Below, piece by piece: positions 17,914 through 26,989 of a DNA stretch of 64,000 bases (within the stretch, counting starts at the first letter, position 1; each line of letters begins with the position of its first letter). The position numbers were made by a program, and so were the translations under genes. The stretch comes from Phycisphaerae bacterium (GTDB taxonomy: Bacteria > Planctomycetota > Phycisphaerae > UBA1845 > PWPN01): positions 9,148 through 73,147 of the forward strand of contig DAOOIV010000006.1 in assembly GCA_035384605.1 (NCBI GenBank). The letters run 5' to 3'. The notes under the pieces were generated by a model, which ran no database searches, was not told the DNA's origin, and saw nothing but the letters and a program-made list of their open reading frames with translations.

Positions 17914-19100
17914 TCACCCGTTTCCCGAGGGGGTTGACGCCGGTTTCGTTTCCGGATCGGTCGTTGTTTGCAGGTCGGCCCAGTGGATCACGCGGGGTTC
18001 GTAGGCATCGCCGGACGGGCTGCTCATGGCCATTCGCCCCATGATGCCCATCAGGGCGGCGTTGCGAGCCGTTTCCAGACTCGCCCGCGGGGCGCGGCCG
18101 CCGCCGTCGCGGATGACGGCGAAGAAATCCCTGAGCATCTCGCTTGTGCCTTTCATTGAATCGTCACCGCTTGCCTCTCCGATCCGTTTCTCGGTGCTGT
18201 CAGCGTCATAGAACATCCCGCGAATCAGGTCCAGGCAACCGTTCTCGCAGAAGATCTGCAACTGCTCGTCGGTGAACCGCTTGGGAAGGCAGAAGAGGTG
18301 TGTGTAGGCGAACAGTCTGCCGTCGGGAAACCGGAAGGAAGCCGTAGCATGCGTGGGGCTGAAGGCTTTGGGGCCGGCCTTCGGACGCGCCTGATGATAG
18401 CCCATGGCGGTGCAGGTGATCGGCGGTTTCTCGTTCATGGCCCAACACATCACGTCGAAGTGATGGCAGGCCTGATCGAGGAACATGCCGCCCGTCCTGT
18501 CGATCGGATGAGTCAGTAGGGCCCACGGCCAATGCCAATGGCCCTGCATGAAGGTGATCTTCCCGAACTCACCCTTCAGCAGACGCGGCAGGGCCGCGGT
18601 GAACCCGGGGTGGTACCGCCGCTGTGCCCCGATCTGGAATACCACCTTCGCCTTGCGGGCTACGCGGCTGAGCGCATCGATCTTCTCGACGGTCGTCTCA
18701 AGCGGGGCCTCCTGGAGACAGTGGATGCCCGCCTGCATGACCGGGATTGAAACCTCGGCATGCGTCGCCGGGGGGTTGCCACGATCACCGCATCGAGGCG
18801 CTCGTGCTCGATCATGGTGCGCATGTCGGTATAGCCTTTCGGCCGGTCTAGGGCCGCCAATTGAAGGCCCTTGGCGACGCGGTCAGCAAGCAGGTCGCAG
18901 ACCGCCACGGTGCAAGCCTCTCGCACGAACTGGGTCGTCACCTCCGTCAGAAGCTGCTCGCCCCGATTGCCGATCCCGATCCAGCCCAGGCGGATTCTCT
19001 CATTGGCAGGGTATCCCCGGGCCACCGTGGGCACGGCCGCAACGGACGCCCCGATGGCGACCTGTTTGATAAAGCCCCGGCGTGTCAGTTCTGTGTGCAT
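17914..19100 (-). pseudogene. Gfo/Idh/MocA family oxidoreductase (Tat signal), split by a 1-nt frameshift in a C6/G6 run
   Basis: The N-terminal part (frame of ORF 18660..19181) has MHTELTRRGFIKQVAIGASVAA and IRLGWIGIGNRGE and ends at ...DAVIVATP. The C-terminal part (ORF 17914..18738) continues ...HAEVSIPVMQAGIHCLQEAPL in the -1 frame. The frames meet at the G6 run 18770..18775. Confidence 0.8.
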
Positions 19101-19282
19101 GTTCGGTCTCCCCGTCTTGCCTCCCGTGGTTTCCATCATCCTGACCCATCCGCCGCCGACAGTCAAACAGCAATGGGCCACCGGTCATTATCCCCAAGCG
19201 GGTATTGCTTCGATGTCTTTGATTGTGTACAAGTACGGGCGACTTACCGCGCGGAGTCTTGCGACCATTCGGAGACGCGTTC

Positions 19283-20461
19283 ATGCCTTGGCTGGCGATC
19301 TCACTTACGCTGACCGGTCTGTATGCCCAAGAGCCGACAAGAGGAATCGAGACCTTCGACGGCCCAATCGTTTTTTCTCAGGAGCAGATCATCCTGGCCA
19401 GGACGTGGGAGCTGACCGGCGATCTGGGTGTCAAGGCGGTCACTCCGGCGGGCGAAACGCTCGTTGTCCCGGCGAAGGACGCCCTGCTCTTGGAGACCGG
19501 CGCGGCCACACTGCCCGGCTTTCGACCTCGTGTCGTGCTCCGTAACGGCGAATCGATCATCGCAGAGCCCCAGGCCGGCGGCAACGATCGGCGCTGGTCA
19601 TTCACAAGCCCGCTCTGGAAGTCCCTCCAACTGGATGGTTCCCGGATTGCCCGCTACCAGGCTGCACCGGTCTCGCTCGCCGGCGATCATCCGGCACCGC
19701 CCTTCGTGCTGCTGCGCAACGGTGATGTGGTAGCCGCCGGTGTCGACCGGATCAGCGACGGACAAGTGACCGTCAACACCGAGTTCGGTCAGACTCACAT
19801 ACCACTCGAAACGGTCTCGGCCATCATTTTGGCCGCCGACTCGGCGACGACTGATGGCCGCGAGGCGAACCAGTTCCTGGTGGAACTGGCGGACGGAGAA
19901 CGATTGTACTGCGACAGGATCGGCGAGTCGGACCAAGACGTCGTTCTTGAACGCAGCGGTTCACGGTGCCGCGTCGGCCGGGAGGCCATCCTGCGGGTCG
20001 TTTGGCCTGGCACCGCATTGACGCCCCTCACGCAGTTGCCGTTGCGGGGAGACGGACGAGCTTACTTCGGTGCGCCGGCATTGCCTCGAAAGGATCGCAA
20101 CGCCCTTGGGGGTCCCCTGCGGATCGGTGATCGCTGGTTTGAGCGCGGTCTAGGAATGCGCCCGCGTTCGCGGTGCATGTTTCAGTTGAGCGGCAGGTGG
20201 ATGTACCTCACGGGGCACGTTGGGCTTGATCCTTGGTTGGGCCGGCGCGGCGATTGCCAGGTGGCCGTGTGTCTCAGCGGCAAAGAGGCATGCAAGGAGA
20301 TGCTCCAAGGCGGGCAGAAGGGGCGCCGGCTGCTGCTGCCCCTTGCGGAAGCAAAGGACATCGAGCTGCAGGTCGATTTCGGGCCGGGCGGCGATCTCGG
20401 CGACTACGTCAACTGGTGCGATCTCATGTTGATCGGGCCGCGGGGAGAGAACAGCAAATGA
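19283..20461 (+). CDS. secreted protein with a C-terminal NPCBM-like (NEW2) carbohydrate-binding module
   Basis: Signal peptide MPWLAISLTLTGLYAQEP after GGAGA. The C-terminus has WFERGLGMRPRS...LQVDFGPGGDLGDYVNWCDLMLIG, which resembles NPCBM. Confidence 0.65.
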   Translation: MPWLAISLTLTGLYAQEPTRGIETFDGPIVFSQEQIILARTWELTGDLGVKAVTPAGETLVVPAKDALLLETGAATLPGFRPRVVLRNGESIIAEPQAGGNDRRWSFTSPLWKSLQLDGSRIARYQAAPVSLAGDHPAPPFVLLRNGDVVAAGVDRISDGQVTVNTEFGQTHIPLETVSAIILAADSATTDGREANQFLVELADGERLYCDRIGESDQDVVLERSGSRCRVGREAILRVVWPGTALTPLTQLPLRGDGRAYFGAPALPRKDRNALGGPLRIGDRWFERGLGMRPRSRCMFQLSGRWMYLTGHVGLDPWLGRRGDCQVAVCLSGKEACKEMLQGGQKGRRLLLPLAEAKDIELQVDFGPGGDLGDYVNWCDLMLIGPRGENSK

Positions 20462-20513
20462 GAACGTGGGGGCAGGTCGGCAAGTGTGGGCGCGGCGACC
20501 ACCGAGGTCTCTG

Positions 20514-23500
20514 ATGAGGGATTATGTATCTCGAGTCTCAGTTGGTGAGTTCGGCATTGCAAGTCTCAAATCTCGAATCCCGGATCTCGGATTCCGGATC
20601 GCGGACGGCCGATTCGCGTGCCGATGGGCAGTATCGCTGACTGCCCTCCTGCTGCTGACCGCTGCGACGCAAACCCTCGCTCAACAACCGGCAACTGCCC
20701 GGGCATCCGTCGCCGCGGATCCGGCACAAGACGCCGCGTTCGTCTCGATGCTTGAGAAGGCAAACCGACACCATGAAGCGAAGGCCTTCCATCTCGAAGC
20801 CGAATCGATCGAGAAAGCCATAGCTTTGCTACCGCCGGGTCACCTCAAGCGAGCGGAACTGGCCAATCGGCTGGCGGCGGTGTATCGAGGCAGCTTGTGG
20901 CGCTTCGAGCGAGCCCTGTTCTGGGTGAAAACAATCGCTGACGAATTGGGACCGCAGCCTGAGGGAATCAATCCGCTGTTCGAGCTTGCTGATACGCTGT
21001 TCAATCACGGCAAGCCGGATGAGGCCCTTGCCATCTATCGCGGCATCCTGAAGCGGATCATGGCCCCGGATCCGCCGTGGGACCGAAACGACCACCGCTG
21101 CTCCAGGGGCTGGCGAGGCGAGGAACTCTGCAAGTTCCCGATGGGTTGCGATCCGCTCTTTCCGTCGGATCTGTCCGCAGCCGGCAAGCTCGGCAGACTG
21201 CCACAACTTGTTGAGAACCGTGACTGGAGAAGCATCCGCTCGACCCTCGACCAGAACCTCCCGCTGCAATCGTTGATCCAGCAATCGGATGGGGGAACTA
21301 CGTGGATTTCCCTGCGGCGATGGGTCGGCGAGTCGCTATCAAGCCTTTCTGCGGAGACGGCTCAGGCCCTGGTCGCCGCCTATGAACCGGTCTTGAGGGA
21401 ACTGGCCGACAATCATGACTGGCGGGCCCTCGTGGCGTTTCGTCTTTCGCATCCCATTCCTCAGCTTGAGCGTCGTGTCGATGTCATGATTGGCGACAAC
21501 CTTTTGGATCTCGGTCTTCCGGCGTTGGCTTCGCTTTACTACGGGCGGGCCGTTCGACAGGCAGGAGCCTTTGATCCCGATCTGCTGGCCCGCGAAATCT
21601 TCTGCCGCGTTCAGTCTGGCGAGTCTGTTTCACCTGAGTCTGTCCCTGACGTGGTTGTCGAAGCGGGCGGCGCCAAGGAGTCGCTGCGCCGGCATCTCGC
21701 CTCCTGGCAGTCGTCATCGCCGGGAACGTCCGTAGCGGAACCGGCACAACTGGATCTGGCCGCCTCGGTCGTTACCCGATTGCCCGTGCTGCGCGCGACA
21801 CTGCCGTTGCGCAGATGGCAGTCTCATTGGGAGGCCAGAGCTGTGGTCGAAAGCGACGTTCCGCCGTTTGCGGAAGAATTCGTGCCCCTGATACCGCTCG
21901 GGGATTCAAAGTGCCTGGTGCTCAACATGGGTGACGCCGTCCAGGCCTTGGACCTGCGCAACAATCGGACGCTCTGGACTTTTCTGCCTCCCGAACACAA
22001 TGCCATGACCTTCCCCAGTCAGAAGTACGAGCCTCAGAAGACGTTCATCGAATGCGCGCGAGCCAGAAGGCCGGTTGTGACCGGCAACCGGGTTTACTGT
22101 TACCTCGCCTGGGGCCACCATGACACCTACAGGCACGCCGGCGCGGTTTTTGCGCTCGATCGATCCGACGGCCGAATGCTCTGGAGCAGTCTGTATCTGC
22201 CGGAACTGGCGGACATCATGATGGCGGGAGATCCGGCCGTGAGCCGAGGGGTGGTCGTGGCCCTTGCATGGCGACCTCGCGAAGCCCTGCCGCTGTTCTT
22301 TGTCGTCGGTCTGTCGGCCGAGACCGGAGAACTCCTCTGGCTCAACCACCTTTACAGCGGCGGCTCGCTGATTGCTTATGAGAACCAGTTTTTCATCGAT
22401 CACCCTTTGGCCAACGCGGCCCCGGTCATCGCCGACGGAGTGGCTTATCTGTGTACGGGAGCAGGAGTCGTCGCCGCCGTGGACATCATGGATGGAACAA
22501 CTCGCTGGGCCATGTCGTATCCACGCCTCAAGACGATGAACTCAGCCAAGTGGGCCTCCCACATGACCACCAGCCGCCCCGCCGGCATTGTCGCCGTTTT
22601 TGAGAATACGGTTCTCTTCGCCCCGGTCGATTCTCATGTGCTTCTGGCAGTGGATCGTTCAACAGGTCAGACGCGCTACTGTCGCGAGATGCTCGATCTC
22701 AAGGCCATCGCTGCGGCCGATGACGAGCGGGCGTATCTGGTTAGCGGTACCACCATTAGCGCGATCAGGCCCGCGGATGGCCGGCCCGTATGGGAGCAAC
22801 CTCTGCCCGTCTCTGGCATGGTGGGGCTGCCGACCCTCGGACCGAGAGGTTTGATGTGCCCGTCTTGGGAGGCGCTCTACGTGCTCGACGCCGCCACCGG
22901 GGCGGTCCGCGCGCAGAAGAACTGGAATCGCGAGGATGCATGTGGCTACCTGTGCGATCTGGGCGACCGTCTCGCAGGCGGGAGCCAAACCGGCCTGAAT
23001 GTCTTGATGGAGCAAAAGCTCGATGAAATCGCCCCATCCTGGTTGAGCCCCGAGACTGACGCCAAGCCGGTGGAAATCGAGGTCCCGTCTCGAGCGGACA
23101 AGTGGGTTCGGTGGGGCCTGCCCGCCGTGGATCGTGGCGATTTCGTGCTCAGTGACGACGACCCGGACCACCTTCTGATCCGCTCTGAACTGCTGCAAAT
23201 GCGCAACATGGAGCCCGTGCCGACTCTCCGGTGGCAAAGGCAATCGCCACTGCCGTGGGGATATGAGGCCACGTTCAATCGGCATTGGGTGGCGGTGTGG
23301 ACCCTCGACGATGTATTCATACTGGATGCGGAGACGGGCCGCACCATCTGGGAGGACCACCCGAACAAGCGGATGAATCGCCCGATCGCCGGCGTACGGA
23401 CTGTCGAGCATCAGGTGCAGGTGCATCTCGGCTGGCACGGTGGCAGGGCGTTATCCCAGACAGCTCCGACGTTCATTTTGTTCGACGGGCAGGAAACGAG

Positions 23501-24740
23501 AGAGGTTCCGATCAATGACCCGTCGATGCTTGCGGCCACGACTGGGCAACGAGATGGAGATGAACAGGATATTACCTATGCTTTCGAGGCACGACGCATC
23601 CGGGCCTTCGACAAGGATCGCCGCCAGTTATGGCAAACCCTGACCCTGCTTGATGAGCCTCGCCTGATCAAGCGGATGGGCCCGTATGTCGTCGCCGTCA
23701 CTCAAGATCGAACGTTCCGTCAGAATCACCTTCGGGACGTAAGCCATCTTCGCGTTTTCGACGCCGCGAGCGGCGAGTCCCTCAAGAGCATCGCGTTCCC
23801 CAAGCGATGGTTCCATCTCGTGGGACAGGGCAACGGGCGGCTACTGCTCTGGGATTGTGCCTTCTTGTATTGCATTTCGACGCCACAAGCCGTTCCTGCT
23901 GACCGGCGGATGATCACCATCCGCCAGGACCGGCCCGATCCCGATGCGGTCGCCGCATTGCGTATGGCACGTGATCTGGAGGATCCTCCGGCTTTCGAGA
24001 TTCCAACCTTGACGTCGGCCCCGCGTGTCGATGCCGAGTTTTCCGAATGGTCCGGCGTTGAGCCCCACCGATTGAGCGGTGTGATGGATTGGACGCCTGA
24101 TTTTGTCCATCGTTGCAGGACGAAGGCACGCTCGTATGCCGGCGGCGAAGGTTACGCGGCCGATGTTCGCATGGGACTCTTCGGCGAAGATCTCTATGTG
24201 GCTGTGCAAGTCAGTGATGATATTCACTGCACCTCACCGGTTCCGGGACTCTGGCGGTCCGACAGTGTAAGCTTGATCTTCGGCGAGCCGAAAGGCGAGG
24301 AAATCGATCCGTTATTGCTTACTGTCTCACTGGTCAACGGTGTGCCGAGGTTTGAGTTGGGCACGGCGGTCGGCGTCTTTGCCGTATCTGATCCGACGGT
24401 CCAGGATCTCGTGTCGAATCATGGGCCTCGGCGCTTCCTGCTGCCGGCCCTGAGCGTTGGGGTGATCTCGCTGCCAAAGCCGACCCAGTCGTTGGAGATT
24501 GCGGCCCGCCGCGACGAGGCAACGCGACAAACCTGGTACGAATTCCGTGTTCCCAGGCTCCTGCTGCGATACGGCCCTGATTTCTACTGGGACCTGCTTG
24601 TCAACGAGAACGACGGTGCCGGACGTGCTGGTGCCTTGCAGATGGCCTCGGCAACCTGGGGCACCGAGGAAACCCAGATCGGCAGCCTGCGGGGCAAGGG
24701 TGAACAACCCCGCCGCCGAGCCGCCACACCTTTGCCATAA
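20514..24740 (+). CDS. giant secreted protein: TPR-like N-region, PQQ/BamB-like beta-propeller repeats and a CBM9/DOMON-like C-terminus
   Basis: ORF 20466..24740. Hydrophobic signal WAVSLTALLLLTAATQTLAQQ. Repeated D/TG-x-x-x-W motifs (DGRMLWSS, TGELLWLN, DGTTRWAM, DGRPVWEQ, TGRTIWED). The C-terminus has EWSGVEPHRL ... LYVAVQVSDD. The start is uncertain; the nearest canonical in-frame start is ATG 20514. Confidence 0.75.
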   Translation: MRDYVSRVSVGEFGIASLKSRIPDLGFRIADGRFACRWAVSLTALLLLTAATQTLAQQPATARASVAADPAQDAAFVSMLEKANRHHEAKAFHLEAESIEKAIALLPPGHLKRAELANRLAAVYRGSLWRFERALFWVKTIADELGPQPEGINPLFELADTLFNHGKPDEALAIYRGILKRIMAPDPPWDRNDHRCSRGWRGEELCKFPMGCDPLFPSDLSAAGKLGRLPQLVENRDWRSIRSTLDQNLPLQSLIQQSDGGTTWISLRRWVGESLSSLSAETAQALVAAYEPVLRELADNHDWRALVAFRLSHPIPQLERRVDVMIGDNLLDLGLPALASLYYGRAVRQAGAFDPDLLAREIFCRVQSGESVSPESVPDVVVEAGGAKESLRRHLASWQSSSPGTSVAEPAQLDLAASVVTRLPVLRATLPLRRWQSHWEARAVVESDVPPFAEEFVPLIPLGDSKCLVLNMGDAVQALDLRNNRTLWTFLPPEHNAMTFPSQKYEPQKTFIECARARRPVVTGNRVYCYLAWGHHDTYRHAGAVFALDRSDGRMLWSSLYLPELADIMMAGDPAVSRGVVVALAWRPREALPLFFVVGLSAETGELLWLNHLYSGGSLIAYENQFFIDHPLANAAPVIADGVAYLCTGAGVVAAVDIMDGTTRWAMSYPRLKTMNSAKWASHMTTSRPAGIVAVFENTVLFAPVDSHVLLAVDRSTGQTRYCREMLDLKAIAAADDERAYLVSGTTISAIRPADGRPVWEQPLPVSGMVGLPTLGPRGLMCPSWEALYVLDAATGAVRAQKNWNREDACGYLCDLGDRLAGGSQTGLNVLMEQKLDEIAPSWLSPETDAKPVEIEVPSRADKWVRWGLPAVDRGDFVLSDDDPDHLLIRSELLQMRNMEPVPTLRWQRQSPLPWGYEATFNRHWVAVWTLDDVFILDAETGRTIWEDHPNKRMNRPIAGVRTVEHQVQVHLGWHGGRALSQTAPTFILFDGQETREVPINDPSMLAATTGQRDGDEQDITYAFEARRIRAFDKDRRQLWQTLTLLDEPRLIKRMGPYVVAVTQDRTFRQNHLRDVSHLRVFDAASGESLKSIAFPKRWFHLVGQGNGRLLLWDCAFLYCISTPQAVPADRRMITIRQDRPDPDAVAALRMARDLEDPPAFEIPTLTSAPRVDAEFSEWSGVEPHRLSGVMDWTPDFVHRCRTKARSYAGGEGYAADVRMGLFGEDLYVAVQVSDDIHCTSPVPGLWRSDSVSLIFGEPKGEEIDPLLLTVSLVNGVPRFELGTAVGVFAVSDPTVQDLVSNHGPRRFLLPALSVGVISLPKPTQSLEIAARRDEATRQTWYEFRVPRLLLRYGPDFYWDLLVNENDGAGRAGALQMASATWGTEETQIGSLRGKGEQPRRRAATPLP
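20564..20612. repeat. seven degenerate heptanucleotide units (TCTCGGA-like)
   Basis: tctcaaa tctcgaa tcccgga tctcgga ttccgga tcgcgga cggccga. Period is 7 nt. The array sits between ATG 20514 and the signal-peptide core of the giant ORF. Confidence 0.65.
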
Positions 24741-24893
24741 TCCGCTTCTGCCGGCGAGGAGTGAGCGGCGGGATACCGATCGAGCGGAACCCACCGGCGG
24801 GAGCGCTGGCAAATGTGATAGAAGACCCAATCGAGATGGAAATCCTCGCCATCGACCTTGAAATGCACCTGGCGGCTCACGAAGACAAAGCCG

Positions 24894-26672
24894 TCAGTAT
24901 CCGTCGGGCCGGCCTCCTTTGCGTGGGTCGCTGGCCCCGATGAGGCCGTCATCGCTGACGAGGACAGCCTGAACAACGGCACCGCGTTTTTGATCGGAAA
25001 TCTGGTGGCCTCGCCGCTTGAGACCGATCACGACCGGGTGATCGGCGGGGTAATCGTTTCGGTAGAGCAGGTCGGGCTGCCATTGATGGTGATACCTTGG
25101 CTCGGCAACCGCTTCGCCGGGACCGAGATCATACTCAAGAACGTTGAGCAAGACCTGGAGGACGGATGAAATGATCCTCGGGCCGCCGGAACCGCCGACG
25201 GCAAGAAAAGGTCGATCGTCCTTCAGGACGATGGTCGGCGACATGCATGAAAGCGGCCGCTTGTGCGGGCCGACAAGGTTCGCATCTGACTGTCGCAGGC
25301 CGTAGACGTTGACCTGGCCGGGCTCAGTCGTGAAATCATCCATTTCGTTGTTCAAGACAATCCCGAGGTCCTCGACGTAGAGCAACGAACCAAAGCCGGT
25401 GTTGATCGTCTCCGTGGCCGACACGATGTTGCCCCAGCGATCCACCACGCAGAAATGCGAAGTCCCGCTGTCCTCAGGCAAAGCGGATGTCGGTTCCGTC
25501 TGGCCGTAGGCAGCGGAGTCGGCGACCGACTGCTCATTGATGCGAGCGGCAAGGCTCCGGGCGTGGGGTTTGCCGGTCAACACGGCGACAGGGACATTCG
25601 CATGGTCCGCGTCGCCCAGAAACCGGGCGCGGTCGGCAAACGCATGTTTCATTGCCTCCACCGTCAGATGTGCCGCCAAGCCGGGATCCTTGCGGTGAAT
25701 TGCTCTCAAGTCCCAGCGTTCGAGAATACTGAGAGCCTCAGCGATGCAGATGCCGCCGGACGAGGGCGGCGGCATGAGGAAGAGATCAAAATGTTCGCGG
25801 TATTGCACACGGATCGGTTTCCGCCAGACCGGTTTGTAGGCGGTCAGATCGCCGGCGGTCATGACACCGCGATCTTGCCGGACGGCTTGAACCAATTGGG
25901 CGGCCATGTCGCCGGTGTAAAAAGACGCGAGGCCTTGAGCCGAGAGCGCCTGGAGCGTGCGTGCCAGTTGCGGTTGTATAAGGATGGTTCCGATTTCAGG
26001 CACGCGGCCATCAAACAACAGAGCTCGACGCAGTGCCGCCGTTCGCTGCGGCAGGCCTGGGTGGTCGTCGATCTGTTGCAGGGTACTCCTGACCGCGCCG
26101 CGAAAATCGGCGTCGATCGCGAAGCCGTCCGCCGCAAGTGACCGGGCCGGCTCGACAAGGTCCTTCAATGGGCGGGTACCGAAACGTTCCAGCAGTGCGC
26201 GATGGCCGGCCGGCAGGCCCGGTACGCCGACCGCGAGACCTCCAAATCGGCTCAGAGGAGGGGCGTCGGGCCATCGCTCGCGGCTCTTGGTGAAAAGGTC
26301 GGGCGTCGCGGCGGCCGGGGCACACTCGCGAGCATCGAGAACAAACACTTCACCGGTCGCGGCGAGACGCACCATGAAGAAGCCGCCTCCGCCGAGGCCC
26401 GTGCTGTAAGGCCGCGTGACCGCAAGGGCCAGCGAGGTGGCAACCGCTGCGTCGACCGCGTTGCCGCCGGAACGCAGGATCTCGCCCCCGGCACGGGAGG
26501 CGTGGATGCTGTCGCTGGCGACCATGGCCTGACGGCCGGATTTTACCCAGGGCCGGGCGTGATACGTCGGCGGCGCCGCCCCACAGCCGATCGGGACGAG
26601 AGCAAGGACGCTGACCAGTCCAAAGACGCAGGTCCTCCACGAGGCGCGTCTTGGTTCGCGCCGGCCGGCCAT
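24894..26672 (-). CDS. ggt: gamma-glutamyltransferase
   Basis: GTSHFCVVDRWGNIVSATETIN carries the Thr nucleophile context. Also GGGGFFMV and GGSGGPRIIS. The signal is lipobox-like (LVPIGCG). The ORF extends to 26783 and the start was chosen at MAGRREPRR. Confidence 0.9.
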   Translation of the reverse strand: MAGRREPRRASWRTCVFGLVSVLALVPIGCGAAPPTYHARPWVKSGRQAMVASDSIHASRAGGEILRSGGNAVDAAVATSLALAVTRPYSTGLGGGGFFMVRLAATGEVFVLDARECAPAAATPDLFTKSRERWPDAPPLSRFGGLAVGVPGLPAGHRALLERFGTRPLKDLVEPARSLAADGFAIDADFRGAVRSTLQQIDDHPGLPQRTAALRRALLFDGRVPEIGTILIQPQLARTLQALSAQGLASFYTGDMAAQLVQAVRQDRGVMTAGDLTAYKPVWRKPIRVQYREHFDLFLMPPPSSGGICIAEALSILERWDLRAIHRKDPGLAAHLTVEAMKHAFADRARFLGDADHANVPVAVLTGKPHARSLAARINEQSVADSAAYGQTEPTSALPEDSGTSHFCVVDRWGNIVSATETINTGFGSLLYVEDLGIVLNNEMDDFTTEPGQVNVYGLRQSDANLVGPHKRPLSCMSPTIVLKDDRPFLAVGGSGGPRIISSVLQVLLNVLEYDLGPGEAVAEPRYHHQWQPDLLYRNDYPADHPVVIGLKRRGHQISDQKRGAVVQAVLVSDDGLIGASDPRKGGRPDGY

Positions 26673-26989
26673 CAGATCGGCCGGCGGGTCGGTCTCAGCC
26701 GTCCCGCCTCGGGCGGCTGCCTCACAGGTTTTGAGACGCGCAGGGGGTTTGTTTCTCATACTCAGCGACTCGGCCGGGCGCACCTGCAGGGCATCAACCC
26801 ACAGCCTTCTCCTTGGCAGCCTCGTGCGCCCTGAAGCCCACCAGACTTCAGGGTCGAAGGCCGCAGCACACCGGGTCGGCGAGACTATGGTAACAGAATC
26901 CGAACGAAGAAACCCGCAACCCGGTTCTATCCTTCATTCTCACAACCGCCCTCTGGCGAGCTTGCCCCGGGCCGACCTCAAATGCGATC

